DNA of 64,000 bases, from the IMG/VR virus record IMGVR_UViG_3300029983_000007, positions 186,001 to 250,000 of that record; one strand, given 5' to 3'. Under the pieces are notes generated by a model. The model did no database searches, had not been told where the DNA came from, and was given only the letters and a program-made list of their open reading frames with translations. Both the position numbers and the translations under genes were made by a program. This document shows, in pieces, positions 1 through 10,334 of this stretch. Within the stretch, counting starts at the first letter, position 1; each line of letters starts with the position of its first letter.

Positions 1-46
1 ATTATTCATTATAGATATTATTGGTTTTTTACAATAATATAAATCA

Positions 47-346
47 TCAATCTTTGGATTCATTATCTAAATCACTTTTTAAATAATTAGCTAATCTTTG
101 AATTTTATATGCATCATCAGGATTAAAAATAAATTCATCAAATGCTCCATATTTGCACCTATATCCAAATATATATTTAACTCCGTGTTTTAATCTACTC
201 CAAAATGAACCTCTATTTAAAAGTACATGAGCATAGCACATTGGATAACTTTTACCAGTTTCATTTGTATCTTCATCATATAAGAACACAATTTGATGAT
301 CTGTTGAATGACAACTACAAATTAATATATCTTCTTTCTTTTTCAT
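47..346 (-). CDS. hypothetical phage protein
   Basis: 99-aa ORF with an N-terminal CSCH motif; no recognisable family. Confidence 0.6.
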   Translation of the reverse strand: MKKKEDILICSCHSTDHQIVFLYDEDTNETGKSYPMCYAHVLLNRGSFWSRLKHGVKYIFGYRCKYGAFDEFIFNPDDAYKIQRLANYLKSDLDNESKD

Positions 347-496
347 AATTTAATATTTTTTTTTAATAATTCTTCTAACTCGTTTATAGTATTTTCACAT
401 AATATAGTTTGTTCTCTTACTCTAAATCCTCTTGTCCACGAGTATTTTTTGTCTGTTAAATGTAATTGTTCTTTTCTTAATTCAATTAATCTATTT

Positions 497-1400
497 TCAA
501 TCAATTCTTCCATTATTTAATTTTTCTAATTTTCTTTTTCTATATCCTTGATGATCACTAAAATATTCAGAAAATAGATTGTTTTTTCTATCTGTTTCAA
601 GCCAAAATGCATACTTATCATCATCAGTATAATTTATTGATATTATAACTTCATCTGATTTGCTATCATTGTACATAGTTTTAGTAGCAGATTTTGTGTG
701 ATTAACAGTGTATATGTTATTTTCTTTGAATATTAATTTTTCATCAGATTTTCTATATACATCTTTTGTACAATAAACTTTATCTCCTGCGTTTAGTATT
801 TTTACTGACATTCTATAAATAATTTTTCTAATTTCATTTTTCTATATTCTTTTATGCTCATAAAATATTCATAATAATTCCATCCATATGCATTTTTTAG
901 ATTAAGAGTATAAAAAAACCCATTACTTTCAATTGAAACTAAACTTTCTATACCTTTCTGCTTATACACAAAATGAACAATGTATACATTGTTCATTTTC
1001 ATGACTAATGTATTATCAAAATCATAAAAATCATTTATGCAATAAACTTTATCTCCTTGCTTTGGTATTAACTTCATTGTTTCAATATATTTAATAATTT
1101 TCTTTTTCTTTTTTTACTAATCCATTTATTTCTATTAAAATCAAATACATTTTTTATAATATTGTCACTTGGATTATTTGTGACAGTTTTGCATTCTTTT
1201 AAATCAATCCAACAATGTGATATTCCATCTTCTGAAACATAACCATAAAAACCAGGTAGATAACAACGAGTATCATGATCTGGTATATCATATTCAGTAA
1301 TCAATTTAAATTCTTGAACCTTACCAATAGGTTCAACTGTTGAATTGAATGTAAAGTGAATAATATTACAATCTTTTATCCATTCTTCTATTTCTGTCAT
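497..1400 (-). CDS. three small overlapping ORFans with C-terminal RKxKL-type tail (497-811, 802-1077, 1074-1400)
   Basis: Overlapping stop/start junctions; tails GYRKRKLEKL, EYRKMKLEKL, KKRKRKLLNI; the first two start with GDKVYC like the 5.5-8.8 kb family. Confidence 0.75.
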
Positions 1401-1432
1401 ACTATATAAAGTTAATTAAAAATAATGAGATT

Positions 1433-1609
1433 TTACTCATTATTATCATTTTTTTTGTTATCTTTGTTTATTAAGTATGTAATATATTCTGATTTTGATA
1501 AATTATTTTCAATTAAATAAGTTTCTAATTTTTCATTTAACTCTTTGTCAATAGTAATACTCATCGTTGTTTTTTTATTTTCCTTTTTTGGTCTACCTAC
1601 GTCTGACAT
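1433..1609 (-). CDS. ribbon-helix-helix (CopG/Arc-like) DNA-binding protein
   Basis: Translated by hand (below ORF-track cut-off): MSDVGRPKKENKKTTMSITIDKELNEKLETYLIENNLSKSEYITYLINKD..., alternating beta strand then helix and SKSEYI helix, typical of RHH. Confidence 0.65.
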   Translation of the reverse strand: MSDVGRPKKENKKTTMSITIDKELNEKLETYLIENNLSKSEYITYLINKDNKKNDNNE

Positions 1610-1688
1610 ATTGTTTTTTATTTTTATAGTAAAATAGAAAAAAATGGTTTATTTTTATTTATATATAACAATAAAATAACAATTTAAT

Positions 1689-1853
1689 ATGAAGAAAATT
1701 AAAACTAAAGTAGCAATATCAATCGCAATAGATAAAGGAATGAATGAATATCTATCAGAAAACTTTGAAAATAAGTCAAAATATATTGAGCATTTGATAT
1801 ATAAAGATTTAGTTGAAAATAATATAATAGAAGAAAATAAATATAAAATGTAA
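1689..1853 (+). CDS. ribbon-helix-helix DNA-binding protein
   Basis: 54 aa MKKIKTKVAISIAIDKGMNEYLSENFENKSKYIEHLIYKDL...; its TAA overlaps the ATG of the endonuclease (TAATG). Confidence 0.65.
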   Translation: MKKIKTKVAISIAIDKGMNEYLSENFENKSKYIEHLIYKDLVENNIIEENKYKM

Positions 1854-3151
1854 TGGGTAAAAAATCAAAAAATGATGTTTTTATTAAAAAGGCAATAGAG
1901 GTACATGGTAATAAATATGACTATAGTTTAGTAGAATATAAACATAATCAAACAAATGTTGAAATTGTGTGTAATGATTGCGGATATAAGTTTCTAAGGA
2001 CTCCACATTATCATCTAAAAAGAAATATTAACAATGGTTGTAAAAATTGTTATTCATTAGCAAGAATATTAACTACTGATATCTTTATTGAAAAAGCAAT
2101 AGAGGTACATGGGAATAAATATGATTATTCTTTAGTTAAATATGAAAAATCGAAGACTAAAATTAAAATTATTTGTCCAATTCACGGAGAGTTTGAACAA
2201 ATACCGAATTCTCATTTATCTGGACATGGGTGCGACAAATGTGGAAGTTTTTCGACAACATATAATTTTATAATAACAGCAAAAGAAATTCATTGTGGTA
2301 AGTATGATTATTCTTTAGTTAATTATATAGATAATAAAACTAAAGTAAAAATTATTTGTCCAACTCATGGTATATTTGAACAAACTCCAGGTGGACATTT
2401 ATTTGGTAGAGGATGTGAAAAATGTGCATTTGATGGTAGAAGAATATTATTAGAAGATTTTATAAAAAGATCAAAAAAAATACATAATGATAAATACGAT
2501 TATTCTTTAGTTGAATATTGTTATTCAACGGAAAAAGTAAAAATTATTTGTCCAACTCATGGTATATTTGAACAAACTCCAAGTGGACATTTAGTAGGAA
2601 AAGGATGTTCAAAATGTAAATTTGATAAACATAGATTATCTACTGATGAATTTATAAAAAGATCAAAAAAAATACATGAAGATAAATATGATTATTCTTT
2701 AATTGATTATATAGATGTTCATAATAAAGTAAAAATTGTTTGTCCAACACATGGTATATTTGAACAAAAGGCAAATTCTCATTTACATAATCATGGATGT
2801 CCGTATTGTAATGAAAGCTTTGGAGAGAAAAAAATAAATAGTTTTTTAAAAAATAAAAAAATATCATACATCAGAGAATTCTCATTCGATGATTGTGTAG
2901 GTAAAAATAATGTTAAATTAAGATTTGATTTTTATCTTATTAAATATAATATTTGTATTGAATTTGATGGTAAACAACATTTTATTGCGCCTGAACAATG
3001 GGGAGGAGATGAATATTTATTACATTCTAAAAAATTAGATAAAATAAAAAATGAATATTGTAAAAATAACAATATTCATTTATTAAGGATAAAATATACA
3101 AAAATTAATTATATTGATATAATATTATCTAGACTTTTAAAACTTTTATAG
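1853..3151 (+). CDS. homing-type endonuclease with about six Zn-binding repeats and a C-terminal Vsr/PD-(D/E)xK-like domain
   Basis: Repeats HGNKYDYSLV-Y...KVKIICPTHGIFEQTP..HL.G.GC.KC; C-terminal RFDFYL..YNICIEFDGKQHF...DKIKNEYC. Confidence 0.8.
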   Translation: MGKKSKNDVFIKKAIEVHGNKYDYSLVEYKHNQTNVEIVCNDCGYKFLRTPHYHLKRNINNGCKNCYSLARILTTDIFIEKAIEVHGNKYDYSLVKYEKSKTKIKIICPIHGEFEQIPNSHLSGHGCDKCGSFSTTYNFIITAKEIHCGKYDYSLVNYIDNKTKVKIICPTHGIFEQTPGGHLFGRGCEKCAFDGRRILLEDFIKRSKKIHNDKYDYSLVEYCYSTEKVKIICPTHGIFEQTPSGHLVGKGCSKCKFDKHRLSTDEFIKRSKKIHEDKYDYSLIDYIDVHNKVKIVCPTHGIFEQKANSHLHNHGCPYCNESFGEKKINSFLKNKKISYIREFSFDDCVGKNNVKLRFDFYLIKYNICIEFDGKQHFIAPEQWGGDEYLLHSKKLDKIKNEYCKNNNIHLLRIKYTKINYIDIILSRLLKLL

Positions 3152-4763
3152 AATTAATAAAGTGATTAGGTAATATATTAGAATTATATTTCAATAAATC
3201 AGAAAAATTTGAATCTAATATGAAAGTTTGACAATAATCAGTTTCACTGCGAATTCCGCGGCCAACTTCTTGAATTGTGTTAACACAGGCATTCCAGGCA
3301 TACCATTCAGGCTTAATTTTTTGTCTAGCTTTAATTTTTTTAGAACCAAGATTTGCGAAACTAATTTTTAGCACTATTTGAAAACGAGCTAACTCATCGT
3401 CTAATGAAATTCCTTCCATCATTGATGGACTGACTAAAACTGTTGCAGTTGTGCTTGTTAAATGTTTTTCAAGTATTTCATTTCTATCTTCAGTTGTATG
3501 AAATAATAGTCTTTCGTCCATAATGGTTTCTTTTAACCATTCTGTTATTTCATAATTTGATGTGTGAATTATACCTTTTTTATCTTTATATTTTGCTAAT
3601 ATTTTTTTTATCCATGGTACTTGATTTTTGAATGTCTCTTCTTTACTATAAAAAGACATCTTACCAAGCTTCATATAAAATATTGGATGATTCTTCAATT
3701 CAAACGGAGATTCAACTTCATAATAGCTTGTTAAATCTTCATCCAGTCCATTAATGAAACCAAACATCTTAGGATCCAATATTGTTGCAGACATGAAAAT
3801 TATATGATCATATTTTGACCAAACATATTCATTAAGGTACTCATATACTAATATATGTTCAGTTACCAACTCTATCCCACTATAATTCTTTTCAGTTTTA
3901 GATTTATTGATATCAAGAACTACATTATCAGGATCATTTTTATATGACTCAAATAAATGTTTAAACGCCAACAATTTACTATCAATATTTTGTAAATATT
4001 TAGATAATTCAACTTTCTGTTTTTGTTTTGATGAACCAGCAATATCTGACTCAAATTGTGTTCTTTTTTTCTCTAACATTGGAATTAACTTTCTTTCTAA
4101 AAATTCTAAATATTTGTCTAAAAATTTAATTTTTGATATATATTTACTATCAATTTCATCAATTTCTTTTAAACCAAATCCGCATTTTTTTAATGTTTTT
4201 GAACTTAATTTTGATGATAAGTAGGATGAGAATGTTTCTTCGAAGGATTGACATTCATCAATTATAAGTACATTACCATCTCTTCGTTTTAGTGTTTCTG
4301 TTTGAAATAATGATAATGTGTCAAATAGATGAAAATTTGTTAAGCCAATATCTCCAGATATCCATGAATTTTTTGCAATATCATATGGACATGCATCACA
4401 ATGTTTTTTCATTATTGTACATAATTCTTTAGCTGTACCACAATCGCAATCAAAATCTTTACAATAATAGTTAGATTTGCCCTTGTAATTGTTAATAAAC
4501 GGAAAATCTTTTATGTACTGATCTTGAAGAATCTTAGAACCTGTCAAAACGTCGAATTTTGCATCAGTATTCACAAATCCCCTATACCAATTTGCAAACA
4601 TCATAACAAGAAACGATTTTCCTGTTCCAGTAGGTAAGTTGCTCAATATGAATCTTTTGCCATTAGTTATACTGTCTTTCATGAAGTTTAATGCCTCAAC
4701 TTGATACGTTTTTGGTTCATATTTCAGAGGGAAAAAAACTTTTTTATCGTCTACTTTAATCAT
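3129..4763 (-). CDS. DinG/Rad3-like SF2 DNA helicase
   Basis: Walker A LPTGTGKS, Walker B IIDECQ, SAT, Cys cluster C-x4-C..C..C...CPY, C-terminal QEVGRGIRSETD...ILDS. Confidence 0.85.
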   Translation of the reverse strand: MIKVDDKKVFFPLKYEPKTYQVEALNFMKDSITNGKRFILSNLPTGTGKSFLVMMFANWYRGFVNTDAKFDVLTGSKILQDQYIKDFPFINNYKGKSNYYCKDFDCDCGTAKELCTIMKKHCDACPYDIAKNSWISGDIGLTNFHLFDTLSLFQTETLKRRDGNVLIIDECQSFEETFSSYLSSKLSSKTLKKCGFGLKEIDEIDSKYISKIKFLDKYLEFLERKLIPMLEKKRTQFESDIAGSSKQKQKVELSKYLQNIDSKLLAFKHLFESYKNDPDNVVLDINKSKTEKNYSGIELVTEHILVYEYLNEYVWSKYDHIIFMSATILDPKMFGFINGLDEDLTSYYEVESPFELKNHPIFYMKLGKMSFYSKEETFKNQVPWIKKILAKYKDKKGIIHTSNYEITEWLKETIMDERLLFHTTEDRNEILEKHLTSTTATVLVSPSMMEGISLDDELARFQIVLKISFANLGSKKIKARQKIKPEWYAWNACVNTIQEVGRGIRSETDYCQTFILDSNFSDLLKYNSNILPNHFINSIKVLKV

Positions 4764-4968
4764 TTAAAGATATTTTTATTTAGTATAGGTGATTTCATGA
4801 TAATTGTTTTTGAAACTTTATAATAATTTGTATTTATAATAGCAATGAAAGAACAAAAAAAGCTTATTGATATAAAGTCGAAAAAGAAGTTGATTTCAGT
4901 AACTGAAAAAACATATGTTGGTTTTGATGTTATAGAATTTAAAAGTGGTAAATATTATAAATTGAAAT

Positions 4969-5452
4969 ATGAATGATAATAGATATTATTGTAAAAAAAA
5001 TTATTATAATAACTTCACAAAAGGATGTTATTATGATATTTGGATAGATCATAACAAGGATTCAAGTTATCTAATAAATTGGATAAATAATAATGTTTAT
5101 AATGTAAACACCATCTATGTTATATATGGATCTGAAATGGATAAAAATTTTAATAGCTATTTTATATTAGCTACTATTCATGATAGAAAAATAAAATTAA
5201 AAATATTAAATGAAGACTAAAAAATATTATTGTAAAAAATCATACGATAGCATTACTATAGGTAATTATTATGATTGTGGAACATCAACTAATGATTTAA
5301 TTTATGAAATTTCTGGAAAAAACAAAAAAGGTTTTGACTTTAATATGATATATGACAATAAATCTGATATTTATAAATATTTTAATGATTATTTAATATT
5401 AGCTATTATTCACGACAGAAAAATAAAACTAGAAAAAATTAGGTTATCTTAA
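4969..5452 (+). CDS. two paralogous small proteins with RKxKL-type tail (4969-5220, 5210-5452)
   Basis: Shared YYCKK...G.YYD...Y.ILA.IHDRKIKL. Confidence 0.75.
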
Positions 5453-5494
5453 TTTTTTTCATTATCTTAGTATTACAAAATATTAAATTTAAAA

Positions 5495-8400
5495 ATGGAT
5501 CAAAATATTAAAATAGGTGACAAATTTTTATGTAAAATGAATTATTGTTATATAATATTACAAAAATTTCATGAAGGTGTAGAATATGAAGTATATGATA
5601 TAAAAAAAATAGACAATGGCTGCGGTTTTTATTATTATTCCTATTCAATGATAGATAATGTTGACTTTAAGTTGTTATATGTGATTGAGTATGAATTAAA
5701 TAATATATTTTACTCTGGTAAAGAAATGAGAAAAATTAAATTAGAAAAATTGAATGAAAAATCATAATATTAAAATTGGTGATAAGTTATTATGTAAAGA
5801 TGATTGTTGGATTCCTAATATATGCTATCATAAAGGTAGAGAATATGAAGTATTTGATTTAAATAATTATTCGTACGTAATAATAGATAGAATTAACAAT
5901 GAGAGATTATTTATTGATGAATCAGAATTAAATTTAGTTTTTTATACTAATCAAGAAATGAGAAAAATTAAATTAGAAAAATTAAATGAAAAAATATAAT
6001 CTTAAAATAGGTGACATATTGTTATGTAAAAAAGATTATATTTATAGTAAAATCTCTTTTAGTATAAATAAAAAATATGAAATAATTCAAATTGTTTATA
6101 ACTCGCTTGAAAATAACAATAATTCGGTTTACTATTATGTATATGACGATAATAATAGTAGCATAGAAATTAGAAATGATGAAGATATGAATAGATATTT
6201 TTACACTAACCAAGAAGTCAGAAATATGAAATTAAAAAAAATTTATGAAGAATCAGAATCTTAATATTGGTGATAAATTATTATGTAAAAATTATTTAAA
6301 AACAGAATATTCTAGTTTAATAGAAGGTGATTATTATTTATTAGTTGATTTTGAGATATTTAATCATGAAGAATATTGTGATGTTAATTATACATTTTAT
6401 GATGAATATAATTATGATGATTATGTATATTATATAGATGATAATAATCATCACTCGTTTTCAATATTAGATGAAAAAGATTTATATAAGTATTTTTATA
6501 AAAAAAATGAGATTAGAAATATGAAATTAGAGAAATTAAAAAATGTTTAAGCAGAATCTTAAAATTGGTGATAAGTTGTTATGTAAGATAGATTATTGGA
6601 CAACAAAAATTTATTTTTTTGAAGGTAGAGAATATAATATATGTGACATAGAAATTGATTATGCAGATGAGAATGATTATGCATATTTTATAATGGATGA
6701 GAATAAAAACCGTGTGTTATTTATGATATTAGATGATTTAGATTCTTTTTTTTATACTAAGAAAGAAGTTAGAAATATCAAAATAAAAAAATTGAAAAAT
6801 GCATAATATTAAATTTAAAATAGGAGAAAGAATATTATGTAAATGCATTTTGCATCAAAACTTCGAATATTTTATGTTAAATAAATATTACACAATTTAT
6901 TCAATTGAAGTGTCAACCATAGGTAATTCATATTATCATATGACATTATAAAATAGCGATTTGCAGTCTATTTGTTCAGATGAATCTGTTTATAATTATT
7001 TTTATACTAACCAAGAAGTCAGGAATATGAAATTGAAAAAATTAAATGAAGAATCAAAATCTTAATAAAGGAGATAAAATATTATGTAAGAATGATATAC
7101 ATAATTCAAGAATTAATTTTACAAAAGGAATAGAATATTATATTGTAGCTATAGAACATAAAAATGATAATTATGATGATGATGGTAGTAATTATTACTA
7201 TTATATATCTGATGATAACTCTCAAATAATAGTTAGTGAAAATGAAAGATTATTTTATAATTATTTTTATACTAACCAAGAAGTCAGGAATATGAAATTA
7301 AAAAAAATAAATGATGATAAATAATTTTAAAGTTGGTGATAAGTTATTATGTAAAAAAGATTATATTACAAAATATTCAAGGTATAAAAAAAACAAATAT
7401 TATTATATTGAAGATATTGATGATCCTGTTTATGATTATGAAGAATATTCATATTATATAAATGATGATAATAATAATAATATTTATTTTTGGAAAGAAT
7501 ATGATTTATATGAATATTTTTATACTGCACAAGATGTACGAAAGCTTAAATTGAAAAATCTTTATGAAGAATCTGAATCTTAAAGTTGGTGACAAGTTAT
7601 TATGTAAAACTAACCTTTGTTCTTTGCTAGTTAATTACTTTAATAAGGATAAATATTATATTGTTTGGGATATTAAAAATTTTAAAGATTATTCTCAGAA
7701 TTGGACTTGGACTTGGTATTATATAATTGATGAAAGAGATTGTCCTTATTCTTTTAGTAAAATGGATGATGATTTATATGATATTTTTTATACTAAAAGT
7801 GAAATTAGAAAAATGAAATTGGAAAAATTGAAAAATGAAGAATATTAAAATAGGTGATAGATTATTATGTAAAAAAAGTCTATTTAACTCATCAATGACA
7901 TATTTTTATGCGAGAGAATATTACACTATTAATGAAATTCAATCAGAGAGTGATGGAGAATATTCATATTATATAATTGATAATAATGGCTATACTATGC
8001 CTTTTTCTTTTAATAATAACACTTTATATGCATATTTTTACACTAAACAAGAAATGAGACATATGAAATTAAAAAAAATTTATGAAGAAGCAGAATCTTA
8101 AAATAGGTGATAGATTATTATGTAAAGAAAGTTTTTTTGATTCAGATGATCCATATTTTCATGTAGATGATTATTGTATTATTTATTATATTCAAAAGTA
8201 TGTTACTAATGAATATTATTATTATATTTCAGATGAAAATAATAAACGATATCCTTTTAGATTTAGTCCTGATTTATTATTAACGTATTTTTATACTAAA
8301 CAAGAAATTAGAAATATGAAATTAAAAAAATTAGAAAAATATGAATAATTTTAATGACTATGATAACATATTATGTAAAAAAGATTTAATTGCTAATGGT

Positions 8401-8836
8401 CAGATATGTTTTATAAAAGATGAGTATTACATTTATCGTGAAAATTTAGGTAATGTTATTGATTTGTTTGGATGCTGTATTTATGGTGAAACTAGTGATA
8501 GATACCCATATTATTTAACTAAAAAAGATTTACTGGGTCATTTTTATACTAAAAATGAAATTAGAAAAATTAAATTGAATAAAATTTATGAAGAAGCAGA
8601 ATCTTAACACAGAAGATATATTATTGTGTAAAAAAGACTATTTAATATATTCTGTTGTTGTGTTTCATAAAAATAAATATTATTATAATAGATTTAATAA
8701 ATCTCATGTTTGTTGTACTATATGTGATGATGATTCATTTGAACATTTGCTTAGTTATGACGAGGTATCTGAGCATTTTTACACTAAACAAGAAGTTAGG
8801 AAAATTAAATTGAAAAAATTGAATGAATGTCAGTAA
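5495..8836 (+). repeat. tandem array of 13 paralogous ~81-101 aa genes (12 intact, 1 broken)
   Basis: Starts at 5495, 5754, 5986, 6245, 6543, 6799, 7046, 7311, 7564, 7835, 8082, 8341, 8588; N-terminal (K/N)(I/V)GD(K/R)(L/I)LCK is conserved (degenerate in the last two) and so is C-terminal FY(T/S/K)xxE/DxRxxKLxK[LI]; middles are divergent; successive genes overlap. Confidence 0.9.
6799..7065 (+). pseudogene. array member with an in-frame TAA at 6949-6951
   Basis: MHNIKFKIGERILCK...YYHMTL*NSDLQSICSDESVYNYFYTNQEVRNMKLKKLNEESKS*; both family ends are in one frame. Confidence 0.85.
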
Positions 8837-8957
8837 AGTTTATTTTTATTAATAACTATTAAAAAAATATAACACAAAAAACATTTTTATTTTAACTAAG
8901 TATATATTATATGAATAATAATTTCAATTTAGTTGTAAATAAAAATAATAAAAAATA

Positions 8958-9125
8958 ATGGAATCTGAAAAAGAACCGCTCACAGTATCTGAACAAAATC
9001 ACAGAATTATTTCATTACTGGAAAGTATTAAAGATCAACTCATCATTCTGACTGATGTAGAAAGAAATAAAGATACAAAGAATAGTGTGTTGGAATATAT
9101 TAGAAATAGAAAACAACAATACTAA
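8958..9125 (+). CDS. small hypothetical protein (55 aa)
   Basis: MESEKEPLTVSEQNHRIISLLESIKDQ...; A-rich upstream region, followed by a terminator. Confidence 0.55.
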   Translation: MESEKEPLTVSEQNHRIISLLESIKDQLIILTDVERNKDTKNSVLEYIRNRKQQY

Positions 9126-9156
9126 AAAAGAGAAGGTTAAAGCCTTCTCTTTTTTT
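9124..9156. terminator. intrinsic (probably bidirectional) terminator
   Basis: AAAAAAGAGAAGG-ttaaag-CCTTCTCTTTTTT hairpin with T tract. Confidence 0.8.
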
Positions 9157-9165
9157 GTTGTTTAA

Positions 9166-9197
9166 TTTGGTAGTTTAAAATATTTAGATTACTTTTG
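9166..9197 (+). promoter_or_regulatory. Bacteroidota sigma-A-type promoter for the cas7-cas5-cas6 operon
   Basis: TTTG (9166-9169), 20 nt, TACTTTTG (9190-9197); matches the TTTG-N19-21-TAnnTTTG consensus. Confidence 0.8.
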
Positions 9198-9237
9198 TTG
9201 TTGATAAAAACAATTATAAAAACATTAAAAAAATTAT

Positions 9238-10323
9238 ATGAAAAAAGTAAGAAGCATTTTATTTAAAATGGAATTAAAAGGCAACGGAGTTGTTAATTTT
9301 GATAGTAATGATCAAAAATATCTTTGGAATGAAAATACAAAAGGTACTGGTCAAGAAAGAGTTAATCACAATAATGTCAGCTTTGCTAAAAAACGTTGGT
9401 ATAAAAATGATGACGGTACAATTGATAAAAAATTGATTGTTTCAAGTAACTGTCTTAGGTATTCAATATTTTCTGATGATACTTTATTTCAATCACCAAA
9501 TATAATTAATAATAGTTTTTTACTAAATTCAATGATTGCCACTCCAGGTTTAATTTGTCGTGGATATATGTTTGCAGAAAAAGATCCATCAAAATCATAT
9601 AAACGATCTAGTGTATTGAATATTACAGATGCTGAACAAATAAATAATTCGATATCTACATTAGAAACTTTTAGTCGTAGTGGAGAAAAAATTGTTGATG
9701 AAAACAAATCTGACACAAGTTTCTTCAAAAAAGAAACAGTAGGTAATATTGTATATGAAGCGATAGGTAGTATTGATATGATGCAAATTCAATTTGTTAG
9801 TTGTGATCAACTATTTGATAGGATGGCATTAAATCCAGATATATTTCCAGATTATAAGAAATTTCTTTCTACTAAATTACCAAATTTCAATTCTGAACTT
9901 AGTTATTATCAAATTAAAGGTAGTGCTATTGAACTTCCTGAATATGGTTTTATGTTATCAAATGAAAATGTGATATTTTTAGTAAAGGATTTATTCACTA
10001 AAATGTTAAACTTAAAAATTCGAAAAGCATCTGCATTTGCTGAAGTTTCTTCTATCAAATATAAAATTGTTAATGATCCATTTGAAGATAAATTTAGTGA
10101 TGAAGACGGCTGGTTGGAATTGAATAAAAACGTTATTGAAACATTGAATTTTGATAATGAGGACTTCTATGAGAAATATGATTTTGATGCTGCTAAATCT
10201 TTAAGATTAGAATTAGAAGATGCTGCAAAAGCCAGAAAAGATGCTAATAAAGATGCTGCAAATTTAAAAAAAGAAGAAGCAAAATCTAAAAAAGAAAAAA
10301 AAGTAGAAGAAACTGAAGAATAA
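9238..10323 (+). CDS. cas7: CRISPR-associated Cas7-like backbone protein (divergent)
   Basis: N-terminal strand-G..N, VSSNCLRY (ISxxxlR-like), RGY...KRSS.L.ITDA, then ETFSR...DTSFF..E..G..Y...G.ID, the Cas7 RAMP pattern; first gene of an operon with cas6 beside an array; charged helical C-tail. Confidence 0.75.
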   Translation: MKKVRSILFKMELKGNGVVNFDSNDQKYLWNENTKGTGQERVNHNNVSFAKKRWYKNDDGTIDKKLIVSSNCLRYSIFSDDTLFQSPNIINNSFLLNSMIATPGLICRGYMFAEKDPSKSYKRSSVLNITDAEQINNSISTLETFSRSGEKIVDENKSDTSFFKKETVGNIVYEAIGSIDMMQIQFVSCDQLFDRMALNPDIFPDYKKFLSTKLPNFNSELSYYQIKGSAIELPEYGFMLSNENVIFLVKDLFTKMLNLKIRKASAFAEVSSIKYKIVNDPFEDKFSDEDGWLELNKNVIETLNFDNEDFYEKYDFDAAKSLRLELEDAAKARKDANKDAANLKKEEAKSKKEKKVEETEE

Positions 10324-10334
10324 TAAAAAATAGC

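Noticed and set aside
3129-4763. DinG-like helicase as a type IV-A CRISPR component (Csf4)
   Set aside because: It is 4.5 kb away, on the opposite strand and separated by 15 or more ORFans and a terminator; the locus has its own Cas3, and DinG-like helicases are common in large phages.
5495-8836. Second CRISPR array or integron cassette array
   Set aside because: The period is about 250-300 nt, the repeated parts are coding gene ends, and there are no attC-type palindromes or integrase nearby.
8958-9125. 55-aa helical ORF as a Cas11 small subunit
   Set aside because: Cut off from cas7 by a strong terminator and a separate promoter; too short and without supporting motifs.
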